From the NCBI GenBank assembly GCA_043814965.1, contig JBDRJN010000023.1, forward strand, positions 16,615 to 48,614: a stretch of 32,000 bases of DNA, written 5' to 3'. A program made the position numbers and the translations under genes. Shown here piece after piece: positions 8,678 through 17,719 of this stretch; within the stretch, counting starts at the first letter, position 1; every line of letters starts with the position of its first letter. The DNA is from Candidatus Omnitrophota bacterium. Its GTDB lineage: Bacteria > Omnitrophota > Gorgyraeia > Gorgyraeales > Gorgyraeaceae. Under the pieces are notes generated by a model. That model ran no database searches and was not told the origin of the DNA. It was given only the letters and a program-made list of their open reading frames with translations.

Positions 8678-10390
8678 ATGGGAAATAATTTAGGTAATAT
8701 ATTGTTAAAATCAGGCAAGATCCAGCCAGATGAATTGAAAGAAGCCCTTAGAGAGCAAGATAAGAGCGGTGAACCTTTAGGTGAGATCGTAATCAAGCTG
8801 GGGTTCCTTTCTAGCAAAGAAATAAGTTTAGCTTTATCTCAGCAGCTTAATATCCCTTATATTGAGCTAGGGGAAGATTTTATCCTAGAACATGAATACG
8901 TAAGGCTCATCCCAGAATATCTAGCTAGAAAATATTGCCTTATCCCATACAAAAAAGAAGACAATGCTATAACTGTAGTTATGGCTGATCCGCTTGATAT
9001 TGAAGCCGTAGATGCTGTTAAGACTCTTTCTGGTTTGAGAGTTAATAAAGCTATCGGAGTAAAGAACAATATTCTTTTTATTATAGACAAATTTTACCAA
9101 GAGAATGTGCATATAGAAAGAAATATCCAAGATATAGTTGATTTTGAAAAAAGCAAAATAGATGATATTACGCAAAGAGAACACGTCAACGCTGAACAAC
9201 TCAAGATATTAGCAAATGATGCCCCAGTCGTAAAGATCGTAAACCTATTATTGATGCAGGCAGTAAGAGATAGGGCCAGTGATATTCATTTTGAGCCTGG
9301 AGAGAAGGCTATAAGTGTAAGGCTTAGGATAGACGGACTTCTTAGAAATGTCACCCCTCCTCCCAAGAACTTATATCAGGCTGTTGTAACTAGAATAAAG
9401 ATCCTTTCAAATATGGATATAGCTGAAAGGCGCCTTCCTCAGGATGGTAGATTTCAGTTTACTTTTGGAGACAGGGTTATTGATATAAGAGTTTCTTCTT
9501 TACCTGAAGCATGTGGAGAGAAGATAGTTTTGAGGATATTGGATAGAGGTGTTCTTTTGATAAATATGGAAGAAATAGGATTTAATCCTATTGTGCTTAA
9601 GAGATTTCAGGGGATCCTTAGGTCTCCACACGGGATAATATTGATAACAGGCCCAACTGGTAGCGGCAAGACCACAACACTTTATAGTGCCCTAAATTTT
9701 TTGAAGACACCCGAGAAAAACATCCAAACCGTAGAAGATCCTGTGGAATATCTGATAGAGGGTATAAATCAAATGCAAGTTAAGCCTCAGATCGGACTCG
9801 TTTTTGCAAAAGCCCTTCGTTCGATACTTAGGCAGGATCCAGATATTATAATGATAGGAGAGATAAGGGATTCTGATACAGCTAGTATAGCGATAAGGGC
9901 TGCGTTGACAGGGCATCTTGTCTTGAGCACGCTTCACACAAATGACGCGCCATCAGCATTTAGTCGATTGAAGAATATAGGTATAGAACCATATCTTATG
10001 GCAAATGCCATTAATCTTATAGTGTCTCAAAGATTAATCAGGGTTATATGTAATAAATGCAGACAGGAGATCAAACCATCTTCTACTAATCTAAAAATAA
10101 TCAAGAATTTTTACCCAGATGCGGATACCTGGAAATATTATATAGGCAAGGGCTGTAGAGAGTGTTTTTATACTGGTTTTAAAGGCCGTTTGGGTATATT
10201 TGAATTTTTAGAAGTCACGGAAGATATAAAGAGCATTATCCTGGAAAATCTAAACACTGATAGTATAAATAATAAAGCTATAGAAGATGGCATGGCTACT
10301 CTACTGGTTGATGGTTTTGAAAAAGTTAAAAAAGGCATTACTACTATTGAAGAAGTTTTGAATGTTTGCCCTATACCCAAAGGTTGTTAA
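8678..10390 (+). CDS. pilB: type IV pilus assembly ATPase PilB (GspE/PilB family)
   Basis: 570 aa with an N-terminal MshEN/T2SSE_N-like domain. It has Walker A (GPTGSGKTTT), the Asp box and Walker B (DPDIIMIGEIRD), the His box (TGHLVLSTLHTND) and a tetracysteine motif (CNKC...CREC). Confidence 0.9.
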   Translation: MGNNLGNILLKSGKIQPDELKEALREQDKSGEPLGEIVIKLGFLSSKEISLALSQQLNIPYIELGEDFILEHEYVRLIPEYLARKYCLIPYKKEDNAITVVMADPLDIEAVDAVKTLSGLRVNKAIGVKNNILFIIDKFYQENVHIERNIQDIVDFEKSKIDDITQREHVNAEQLKILANDAPVVKIVNLLLMQAVRDRASDIHFEPGEKAISVRLRIDGLLRNVTPPPKNLYQAVVTRIKILSNMDIAERRLPQDGRFQFTFGDRVIDIRVSSLPEACGEKIVLRILDRGVLLINMEEIGFNPIVLKRFQGILRSPHGIILITGPTGSGKTTTLYSALNFLKTPEKNIQTVEDPVEYLIEGINQMQVKPQIGLVFAKALRSILRQDPDIIMIGEIRDSDTASIAIRAALTGHLVLSTLHTNDAPSAFSRLKNIGIEPYLMANAINLIVSQRLIRVICNKCRQEIKPSSTNLKIIKNFYPDADTWKYYIGKGCRECFYTGFKGRLGIFEFLEVTEDIKSIILENLNTDSINNKAIEDGMATLLVDGFEKVKKGITTIEEVLNVCPIPKGC

Positions 10391-10393
10391 TCA

Positions 10394-11647
10394 TTGAATT
10401 TTAAACAGTATAAATATAAAGCCAAAGACAAAAATAACGATTTAGTGGATGATATTATATCAGCTAGGTCTAAGTATGAAGCAACGAATTCTATCAAGGA
10501 CAAAGGGCTTGTTGTTATCTCTATTGCAGAAGATATGCCTGTCCTACCATCAAATAAAGATAGAACAGGTTCTAAAATTTTGAAAAGACCAAAGACCAAT
10601 TTTAAGATCAGTCCTACTGATTTTTATTTATTCTGCAGGCAACTCTGTGTATCTATAAACTCTGGTATAAGTCTTATAGATGCATTGTCCGCTATCGCGG
10701 TAGATATACAAGATATTAATTTTAAGTCAGCTTTGATTGATATAATAAATGAGATAAAGCATGGAAAATCTTTTTCTCAGGCTATAGCAAAGTATAAAAA
10801 TATCTTTAATCCTTTATTTATAGCTATGATCGAATCAGCGGAAGAATCCGGCAGCCTTTCTCAAATATTAGGATATCTTTCAAAGCATTTTGAGAAAAGC
10901 GAAAAACTGAAAAATAAACTAAGAAGCATCACTGCTTATCCTATCTTTGTTCTTGTATTTTTTGTTGTGGTGATATTTCTTATAACATTATTTGTTTTAC
11001 CTAGATTTGAGAGTATATTTGCAAGTTTTGGGACAGAGCTCCCAGCTTTTACCAAGTTGATATTTTCTGTGAATAAATTTTTTGTTAATAATATATTTTT
11101 CTTGATAGGAGGTTTTTTTGTTTTAACAACAGTTTTTAGATGGTATATGAAAACTGAGAAAGGAAGAAATAGCATAGATTTTTTGAAACTAAAGATCCCC
11201 TTCTTAGGTAATATGTTAAAAAAGATACTCTTGGCTAGATTTTGTTATGTGCTCTCTATTATGCTAAGAGGGGCTGTTCCTATTGATAAGGCTATGGAGA
11301 TAGCATTAAATACATGCGAGAATAAGACATTAGAAAAGTCACTTAATAAGATAAGATTGAATGTTGTAAAAGGACTTGATATATCCAGCAGTTTTGCGCA
11401 AGACAAGAACTTTCCAAACCTTATGGTCCGCATGGTCAATATAGGGGAGGCTTCAGGCCAACTTCCAGATACGCTGGGGAGCGTTGCGGAGATGTATGAA
11501 GAACAGGTCGAGTCATATATTTCAGTATTTACTGCGTTACTAGAACCAATTGTCATAGTCTTGTTCGGAGGAGTGATCTTGGTAATAATTCTAGCTATTT
11601 ATGTGCCTGTGTTTAAAATAACTATGACAGCAAAGAGTGCATTCTAG
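10394..11647 (+). CDS. pilC: type IV pilus platform protein PilC (GspF family)
   Basis: 417 aa with a TTG start. It contains two GspF repeats (SINSGISLIDAL... and MLRGAVPIDKAMEIA...) and three predicted TM segments. Confidence 0.9.
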   Translation: MNFKQYKYKAKDKNNDLVDDIISARSKYEATNSIKDKGLVVISIAEDMPVLPSNKDRTGSKILKRPKTNFKISPTDFYLFCRQLCVSINSGISLIDALSAIAVDIQDINFKSALIDIINEIKHGKSFSQAIAKYKNIFNPLFIAMIESAEESGSLSQILGYLSKHFEKSEKLKNKLRSITAYPIFVLVFFVVVIFLITLFVLPRFESIFASFGTELPAFTKLIFSVNKFFVNNIFFLIGGFFVLTTVFRWYMKTEKGRNSIDFLKLKIPFLGNMLKKILLARFCYVLSIMLRGAVPIDKAMEIALNTCENKTLEKSLNKIRLNVVKGLDISSSFAQDKNFPNLMVRMVNIGEASGQLPDTLGSVAEMYEEQVESYISVFTALLEPIVIVLFGGVILVIILAIYVPVFKITMTAKSAF

Positions 11648-11705
11648 AGGAGGCACTATAAAAATAGATAGGTCAATCAAGTATAGAAAAAAGAGAGGAG
11701 GAAAC

Positions 11706-12197
11706 ATGAGGAACAGAAAAGGCTTTACGCTTGTAGAGCTGATGGTTGTTGCTGTAATAGTAGCAATTCTTGCATCAGTAGCTATACCAATGATGAGGGG
11801 TAATACTGAGAGGGCTATTGCAACAGAATGCGAAGCTGCCCTAGGTTCTATCCGTTCAGCTATGAGAGTGTTATATGCTGAAAAGAGTGCTTATAATACT
11901 TCTGGGCTTGAGGTGGATCCAACTATCGTCTCAGGAGGCGTAGCCGGAGACGATGACAATGTACCAGGATTTAAAGCAAGAAATGGGGATATCCCAGGCG
12001 ACTTAGACGGGACTTATTTCAGTGAAGACTGTTATACGATAACTAATCTAGAAGCCCATGATTTTGAAGTTAGTTGTGATTGGACTAAAAGTGTGTCATC
12101 TGGCTCAGAAAGTCAGATCACGCCAAAAGCAGCCGATGTAAGCAGCATAAGCAAAGTGACAAAGATAGATAGCTATGGGAGAATAACAACTGAGTAA
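11706..12197 (+). CDS. type IV pilin (probable major pilin) with a prepilin N-methylation leader
   Basis: RBS agaggagga, then ATG at 11706. The leader is MRNRKG|FTLVELMVVAVIVAILASVAIP, with Gly-1, Phe+1 and Glu+5. The track's start at 11637 adds an implausible basic extension. Confidence 0.85.
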   Translation: MRNRKGFTLVELMVVAVIVAILASVAIPMMRGNTERAIATECEAALGSIRSAMRVLYAEKSAYNTSGLEVDPTIVSGGVAGDDDNVPGFKARNGDIPGDLDGTYFSEDCYTITNLEAHDFEVSCDWTKSVSSGSESQITPKAADVSSISKVTKIDSYGRITTE

Positions 12198-12204
12198 AAA
12201 GAAG

Positions 12205-13149
12205 ATGATCTTTTTTCATAGTGTAAGATCTTTTTTTAGAGAAGAGGCGGTTGCTGGTTTAAATATAGGAGAAGACTATATTACAGCAACCTCTCTTTTT
12301 TTAACAGAGGATAAAAAACTTCAGATAAAAGATATAGGCTATGTAGAGAATGGGAGAGGCTTATCTGACCAAGAAACAGCCAAACTCATCCAAAGGTTAT
12401 GGCGTGATTCTAACATCCAGACCAAGACAGTTTCTTTTTCCATAAAAAGCCGTCTTTTTGCTTTGAGATATTTTAACTATCCAAAGCTTTCCGACAGTGA
12501 ATTGAATTCAGCACTTAACATTGAAGCTGAACAGATGTTTCAAAAACCAAAAGAAGAACTATGCATGGATTGGTTTTTTTCTAATAATTCTAAAGATAAG
12601 ATAGGGGGGATCATTGCTGTTACACCTTTAAAAGTCACTGAAAAATATTTAAATATTTTGAAAATGGCTTGTTTGTATCCAGTAGCTATGGAGGTCCCTT
12701 CTTTTTCTATCAGTAATTTATTCCTAAGTTTAAATCCATCTTATATAGATAACACGGTTTGTATTATCAATTTAGATAGATTTGATGCGGATTTTGCGAT
12801 TATCGAAGGGGATAAGTTTATATACCCAAGAAATATCTACTCCAAGGACGTTTCTTGGCATGCTAGTAGTGATTATTTTGTAGAAAATGTAAATGATATA
12901 ATCAGATATTATGAATTCAAACTTCATATGAAAAAAGTAGAAAAGATTATTTTAACAGGGGAGTTTTTGATCAATAAAGAGCTCGAACACGAGATAAGGA
13001 ATAGATTTGATATCCCTATCGAAACATGGGATCCATTGAAGCAGCTTGGATTAGGCGCAGGATTATCTTTTAAAGATAAGGAAGGATTTAGGCCTATATT
13101 CAATGCCTCTCTAGGCCTTGCGATAAGAGAGATTAAAAATGTATTTTAA
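12205..13149 (+). CDS. pilM: type IV pilus assembly protein PilM (actin-like ATPase fold)
   Basis: 314 aa. The call rests on position directly before PilN/PilO-like genes, plus the VAGLNIGEDYITA phosphate-1-like N-terminus and overall PilM length. Confidence 0.75.
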   Translation: MIFFHSVRSFFREEAVAGLNIGEDYITATSLFLTEDKKLQIKDIGYVENGRGLSDQETAKLIQRLWRDSNIQTKTVSFSIKSRLFALRYFNYPKLSDSELNSALNIEAEQMFQKPKEELCMDWFFSNNSKDKIGGIIAVTPLKVTEKYLNILKMACLYPVAMEVPSFSISNLFLSLNPSYIDNTVCIINLDRFDADFAIIEGDKFIYPRNIYSKDVSWHASSDYFVENVNDIIRYYEFKLHMKKVEKIILTGEFLINKELEHEIRNRFDIPIETWDPLKQLGLGAGLSFKDKEGFRPIFNASLGLAIREIKNVF

Positions 13150-13729
13150 CATAAATCTTATAAAACATAAGGCCCCTGATACGCATAAAAGAAGAATTAT
13201 TTTTATGAGTATTATATCTTATTTCTTCTTGTGTACGATTTTACTCTTTTTGACCTGCAATTTCATAACTTCCAAGGCTATAGCAATAATTGATACGAAA
13301 AAAGATATCCATAAGATGAGAGATAATTTTTATGAATTACGGCCGGAAGTAAAAGATGTCTTTAAATATAGCCAAAGCATAAAAAAAGAAATATTAAGCT
13401 ATAGTGAGAAGCTAGAGGCTATAGAGGATGTTCTTTCAAATAGGATAGATTTGGGAGTTATTCTCAGGGGTTTTCGGGAACTATTGATACCAGGATCTTA
13501 TATAGACAATTTTTATCTATCATCAGATTCCAAGACATTGGTATTTGATGTTATAGTATCAGCTAACAAGGCAGGGGAGAATTTTAATGCAGGTTATATA
13601 GCGCATGCATTTAGATCAAACAAAGATCTGATGAGTTATATAAAGAACATAGAATCAAGCAAGACTTATAAAAAAGGGGACCAAAAAGAAGGCAAATACA
13701 TTTCTGAGTTTTTGTGCAGCCTTCGTTAG
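13139..13729 (+). CDS. pilN: PilN-like bitopic pilus alignment protein
   Basis: 196 aa. The N-terminal MYFNINLIK resembles the PilN INLLP motif that binds PilM. A single TM helix (IIFMSIISYFFLCTILLFLT) follows. It overlaps the pilM stop. Confidence 0.6.
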   Translation: MYFNINLIKHKAPDTHKRRIIFMSIISYFFLCTILLFLTCNFITSKAIAIIDTKKDIHKMRDNFYELRPEVKDVFKYSQSIKKEILSYSEKLEAIEDVLSNRIDLGVILRGFRELLIPGSYIDNFYLSSDSKTLVFDVIVSANKAGENFNAGYIAHAFRSNKDLMSYIKNIESSKTYKKGDQKEGKYISEFLCSLR

Positions 13730-13740
13730 GACATGCTGTT

Positions 13741-14259
13741 ATGGATCTAGGGATATTTTTAAGCACTAGAAAAAGATTTTTATTTTTTATATTGGCGCCT
13801 ATCTTATCAGTGACATTACTTTATTTGCTATTTAATGCATACTATGTTTCTGTAAAGACCTCTTTGGATGAAAAACAAGTCGTAGTTATGGCATTGCCGG
13901 TTATAGTAGATAAGATTTCAAGAGCTCAAGGGATACTAGACGATTACTATACTGAATCTCCGGAGACAGATGTAATAAAGATATTAAATTATGGATTAAA
14001 TGAAATGGGTTCAAAGGCTAATTTAAATATACAGTCTTTAAAAGTGCAAAAGAATCAAGACTCCAGCAATAGAAAAACATCCAGTTTCAAGATAGATATT
14101 AAAGCTGAAGGGTCTATTGATGATATAGTACGTTTTTTTAAAGAAACTTATAGGGTAGATAAACTTTTTGTCTTGGATAATGTAGCCCTAAAAATGATAA
14201 ACCCTGAAAATAATCTTTATAGTGCAGATTTTGTATTTATATATAGTATTTTAAGGTAA
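13741..14259 (+). CDS. pilO: PilO-like bitopic pilus alignment protein
   Basis: 172 aa from ATG 13741; the track's 13714 is a GTG inside pilN. It has one N-terminal TM helix followed by a periplasmic domain. The assignment is mainly positional. Confidence 0.5.
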   Translation: MDLGIFLSTRKRFLFFILAPILSVTLLYLLFNAYYVSVKTSLDEKQVVVMALPVIVDKISRAQGILDDYYTESPETDVIKILNYGLNEMGSKANLNIQSLKVQKNQDSSNRKTSSFKIDIKAEGSIDDIVRFFKETYRVDKLFVLDNVALKMINPENNLYSADFVFIYSILR

Positions 14260-14263
14260 TAAT

Positions 14264-14695
14264 ATGTTTAAAAATATCATATCTTCTATAGGAAAAACAG
14301 GTATCTATATCGCAATAGGGATCTTTTTGCTTGTATTGACACTGTCAAATCTTATTTTGAATTCAAGATATACGCGAGGCAATGTGAAAAATAAGAATAG
14401 CGCAGAAGAGCTTATGATCAGGCTTGATAAGGCCCTCAAAAGAGTAGAAGAGAAAAGAAAAGGCTCAAAGGATGTTTCTTTAGATAGCAAAAAGTCCAAT
14501 TTTTTGACACTAGAAGGCATATCTTTTAGAGGTATTTTAGATAGCAATGATGAAAAATTAGCACTTGTAAATGATAGGATCATTCGTCCCGGAGATGAAA
14601 TATTAGGTTTTACCTTGGTAGGCATAGAGGAGAAGAGTTTGACTTTTAAGTCAATAGATGGAGAAGAGAAGACTATTTATTTATATGAAGAATGA
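14264..14695 (+). CDS. PilP/GspC-like small membrane-anchored protein
   Basis: 143 aa with an N-terminal TM anchor. The C-terminal segment LEGISFRGILDSNDEKLALVNDRIIRPGDEILGFTLVGIEEKSLTFK has the pattern of the PilP/GspC beta-domain. Its position after pilMNO supports the call. Confidence 0.45.
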   Translation: MFKNIISSIGKTGIYIAIGIFLLVLTLSNLILNSRYTRGNVKNKNSAEELMIRLDKALKRVEEKRKGSKDVSLDSKKSNFLTLEGISFRGILDSNDEKLALVNDRIIRPGDEILGFTLVGIEEKSLTFKSIDGEEKTIYLYEE

Positions 14696-15146
14696 CCTGT
14701 ATCTTAAAAAGGGATATACTATAATCGAAGTTATGTTCGCATTAGTTATTATAGCTATCCTAGTTGTTGGTAGTGGTTCTTTTCTTTATTATGGTTCTTC
14801 CAGAGTGGCGGTAGAAAGAAACAAGTCATTAGCCCTTGCAACAGCAAATAGCTGCCTAGAGGAATTCAAGGGATCTGGTTTTGATTCAATCAAGCCAGCC
14901 AATGATGATTATAGTACCTATTTTCTTAGAAGGCGATCTTCCTCATGGGAAGTCCTTAGTACAGACCCAGAAGAGAATTTATCTATAAATGGTATTCAGA
15001 TGCCGGTTCAATTTAAGGTCAGGTATATTGATGGCAATGGAGGAGCGCCTTCTTATGATTTTCTTGAAGTCTCAGTCAACATAAGATACGGCGGTAATAG
15101 TAAAGATTTTATTAAGCTGGATACTTATATAGGGCCGGATGTCTGA
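14685..15146 (+). CDS. prepilin-type minor pilin / pseudopilin
   Basis: ATG at 14685 gives the leader MKNDLYLKKG|YTIIEVMFALVIIAILVV (Gly-1, Glu+5). It overlaps the stop of the preceding gene by 11 nt. Confidence 0.75.
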   Translation: MKNDLYLKKGYTIIEVMFALVIIAILVVGSGSFLYYGSSRVAVERNKSLALATANSCLEEFKGSGFDSIKPANDDYSTYFLRRRSSSWEVLSTDPEENLSINGIQMPVQFKVRYIDGNGGAPSYDFLEVSVNIRYGGNSKDFIKLDTYIGPDV

Positions 15147-15595
15147 TGAAAAATAAATCAGGTTTTACTATTTTAGAGTTGACAATAGGTATTGGCGCAG
15201 GGTCTATGCTGATATTAATAGTGGGGTCGGTTTTTTATTTTACGTTTTCAATGTTTAATTTAAATTCTGAACGTATCGAGCTTAAAAGAGACGTAGAATT
15301 TTCTTTAGATATAATATCCAGGACAATTAAAAATGGTTCTGAACCTACGATGCAGGCCTTAGGAGAAACTCTTATAGTGGGAGATAGGTCTTTTTATAAA
15401 AATGGCACCAGCTTATTTTATGACCCTGATATAAATTCTTCAGGAGACGAGATCGAGGTCGTAAAAGACAAGGTCAAGGTACTTACTTTTATAAAAGACG
15501 TTACAATCAATTCTATAGTTTTAAATATGGTCTTTGATAATGGCCATGAATCTATAAGTATTGACCCCGTAGTATATTATAGGAACAAGATATGA
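15146..15595 (+). CDS. prepilin-type minor pilin / pseudopilin
   Basis: The leader is MKNKSG|FTILELTIGIGAGSMLILIV (Gly-1, Phe+1, Glu+5). It is 149 aa, and its ATG overlaps the upstream stop. Confidence 0.75.
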   Translation: MKNKSGFTILELTIGIGAGSMLILIVGSVFYFTFSMFNLNSERIELKRDVEFSLDIISRTIKNGSEPTMQALGETLIVGDRSFYKNGTSLFYDPDINSSGDEIEVVKDKVKVLTFIKDVTINSIVLNMVFDNGHESISIDPVVYYRNKI

Positions 15596-16461
15596 AGCTA
15601 TTTGGTAAAAAATATAATAAAGGCGGGATTTTTCCAGTAGTCCTTGTATTCATGGTTGTGATAAGTTTATTTGGATATAGCCTGCTTAATATTGGTAAGA
15701 TCTCAGCTATAGAGACCAATAAAAGCCTAGAATCTATGGAGGCATTTTGGCTCTCAGAGGCTGGTATTACTAGGGGCATATTTATGCTTATGGATGATCA
15801 GGCCACTGGATCTTATTCTGAAGACATGGGAAAAGGTTCTTATAATATAGATGTCGGTGTTAAGCCTGGCTTTGCTCATGCATGGTTTATTGGTTCTACG
15901 GGTATAGTAGGTGATAAAAGTAGACGTATTGCTGCAGAGATAGGGCCAATTATAAATACAATAGAAACACTCGGGACCATTGATCTGAAAGGCAATTCTT
16001 CTGTAAAAGGGAGGATACTACAGGGGTCTGAATTTACTTTTGAAGAGATATTTGGTATCACAAAAGAAAGTTTACGCAGTAGGCCTACGACAACAATTTA
16101 TCTGGACCCTCCAAACAACTGCGATCCTATAGAAGATGTTACTTTTGTTGAATTTAATGATGATGATGGGGAATTGAGAATTACTAATAATAATTGGACA
16201 GGAAGCGGGATCATGGTGGTCGAGGGCAATCTAGATATGACAGGTGGTAGATTTGATGGTGTTATATGGGTCAATGGTACACTTAGTATGGCTACAGGAA
16301 ATGCTGTGATAAGAGGAGCTATATTCATAGAAGGAGAAGGAGAAACCAAGATAGGTGGCAATGTTGAAATAGATTTTAATACAGAAGCGATAGATGATGT
16401 GTTTGAAGAGATCGATACAATGGATCATGCGCTTAGTTTATTGTCTTGGAAGGAAGAATAG
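15592..16461 (+). CDS. PilX-like minor pilin-associated protein with a repetitive beta-rich C-terminus
   Basis: 289 aa. The N-terminus (KGGIFPVVLVFMVVISLFGYSLL) is hydrophobic and lacks Glu+5, as in PilX_N-type proteins. The C-terminus has G-rich repeats: GNLDMTGGRFDGVIWVNGTLSMATGNAVIRGAIFIEGEGETKIGGNVEI. Confidence 0.55.
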   Translation: MKLFGKKYNKGGIFPVVLVFMVVISLFGYSLLNIGKISAIETNKSLESMEAFWLSEAGITRGIFMLMDDQATGSYSEDMGKGSYNIDVGVKPGFAHAWFIGSTGIVGDKSRRIAAEIGPIINTIETLGTIDLKGNSSVKGRILQGSEFTFEEIFGITKESLRSRPTTTIYLDPPNNCDPIEDVTFVEFNDDDGELRITNNNWTGSGIMVVEGNLDMTGGRFDGVIWVNGTLSMATGNAVIRGAIFIEGEGETKIGGNVEIDFNTEAIDDVFEEIDTMDHALSLLSWKEE

Positions 16462-16538
16462 TTTGTAACTGTATTAAGAAAAATGTGGAAAATTTAGAAA
16501 GACTATGATATAACTAATAGCTTGGATTACGATTAAAC

Positions 16539-16615
16539 GTCCCTGTAGCTCAGATGGATAGAGCATTTGCCTTCTAAGCAAAGGGTCGCCTGTTCGAATC
16601 AGGCCAGGGACGCCA
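16539..16615 (+). tRNA. tRNA-Arg (anticodon TCT)
   Basis: Cloverleaf: acceptor GTCCCTG/CAGGGAC, D stem GCTC/GAGC, anticodon stem TTTGC/GCAAA with loop CTTCTAA, T arm GCCTG-TTCGAAT-CAGGC. The CCA end is encoded. Confidence 0.9.
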
Positions 16616-16626
16616 ATTTATATACA

Positions 16627-17562
16627 ATGAAACATCTTTCAAAAAAGTTTATAGTTTTATCGGTTATATGCATAGCTGGTATTTTAATATTTTTTGGATA
16701 TTATAGGGCTACCAGTAATATTAAAAGAATATTTTCGGATTTTTCCAAAAAGACCTTTAATGCAGAGTTTAATATAAGGCATATTCATATAAGATTTCCT
16801 CTGTGCCTATCCCTGGAAGATGTAAGGATGGGTGATACAGTAGAGATACGGAGTATTGTAATATATCCTAACTTCACGACTTCGTTATTGAATAAGAAAA
16901 ATATCGCGATAAATATAAATGTTTCAGAGCCGGTTATCAGGTATAAAAAAGGTGATCACCAAGAGGCGTCAATAGCTGAATTCATAGAAAATAAAAGAAA
17001 GTTATTTTTTGATGATTTAAATCTCCTGAGTTTTTATTTTTCTTCCATCAATATAGATAAAGGCACTTTTTTATATGACGATGATTCAAAAGATTATTTA
17101 AAAGTCACAGATGTCGAAGGGGCTTTTAGAAGGCCCAGGTTTTATTTTGCCAAAAGAGGCGATTTTAGTTTTGCATTAAAAGGTTTTTTGGAAAATAAAG
17201 ATGACAGTTCCCTGTCTCCCATAAAGATCAGGGGAACCCTTTCTTCCATCAATAGCATAGAGGCAAAGCTTGTTATAGAAGATATAAGATTAAATACCTT
17301 TTCTTCTTATACAAAGTATCTAAGTAATGCATTAAAGGAGGGGAGCCTGGACTTTAAAAGCGATATAAATGTTATCGGCAGCGATGTAGTGGCAAATTGT
17401 GTATTAGAAGCAAAAGATTTTGTTTTAAAGAAAGGCGTAGCATGGGATGCAAAGCCTCCTTTTGTAGCGACTTTTGTAGTGTTAGGCAGTTTAAAAGATA
17501 GATTTCTGAAGATAAGGGGCCTTCAGGGAAACCTTATATCGGTTCTTTCAGGCAGTTCTTAA
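16627..17562 (+). CDS. membrane-anchored hypothetical protein (weak AsmA/TamB-N-terminus-like pattern)
   Basis: 311 aa from ATG 16627; the track's 16567 start lies inside the tRNA. It has an N-terminal TM helix (FIVLSVICIAGILIFFGYY), then beta-rich segments such as LSLEDVRMGDTVEIRSIVIYPN...INISEPVIRYKKGD. The family call is tentative. Confidence 0.55.
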   Translation: MKHLSKKFIVLSVICIAGILIFFGYYRATSNIKRIFSDFSKKTFNAEFNIRHIHIRFPLCLSLEDVRMGDTVEIRSIVIYPNFTTSLLNKKNIAININVSEPVIRYKKGDHQEASIAEFIENKRKLFFDDLNLLSFYFSSINIDKGTFLYDDDSKDYLKVTDVEGAFRRPRFYFAKRGDFSFALKGFLENKDDSSLSPIKIRGTLSSINSIEAKLVIEDIRLNTFSSYTKYLSNALKEGSLDFKSDINVIGSDVVANCVLEAKDFVLKKGVAWDAKPPFVATFVVLGSLKDRFLKIRGLQGNLISVLSGSS

Positions 17563-17569
17563 TATTTTT

Positions 17570-17647
17570 GGTGGGTGTAGCTCAGCTGGATAGAGCACTT
17601 GATTGTGGTTCAAGGGGCCGCGGGTTCAAATCCCGTCACCCACCCCA
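17570..17647 (+). tRNA. tRNA-His (anticodon GTG) with encoded G-1
   Basis: An extra 5' G (17570) is opposite discriminator C. Acceptor GTGGGTG/CACCCAC, anticodon stem CTTGA/TCAAG with loop TTGTGGT, T arm GCGGG-TTCAAAT-CCCGT. The CCA end is encoded. Confidence 0.9.
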
Positions 17648-17687
17648 GTATCTCCTATCTCTATGTGGCACAATGAGTTAGGTAAAG

Positions 17688-17719
17688 TCTCCGACGGAGA
17701 AATCCGCCGGAGATTTTTT
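17688..17719 (+). terminator. intrinsic terminator-like hairpin after tRNA-His
   Basis: TCTCCG (17688-17693) pairs with CGGAGA (17708-17713) and is followed by TTTTTT (17714-17719). An alternative short hairpin is TCTCC-gac-GGAGA. Confidence 0.5.

Noticed and set aside
11637-11705. N-terminal extensions proposed by the track for the pilin (11637), queE (5029), the minor pilin (14658), pilO (13714, GTG) and the helicase (25638, TTG).
   Set aside because: In each case an internal ATG with a better RBS or context gives the canonical family N-terminus, such as the prepilin leader or the QueE start. The extensions overlap the upstream gene or add implausible sequence.
16567-16626. Track start of the 331-aa ORF at 16567, and the minus-strand ORF 8363-8644.
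   Set aside because: Both read through tRNA genes (tRNA-Arg TCT and tRNA-Pro). The peptide segments are typical tRNA-derived artefacts. The real start of the + ORF is ATG 16627.
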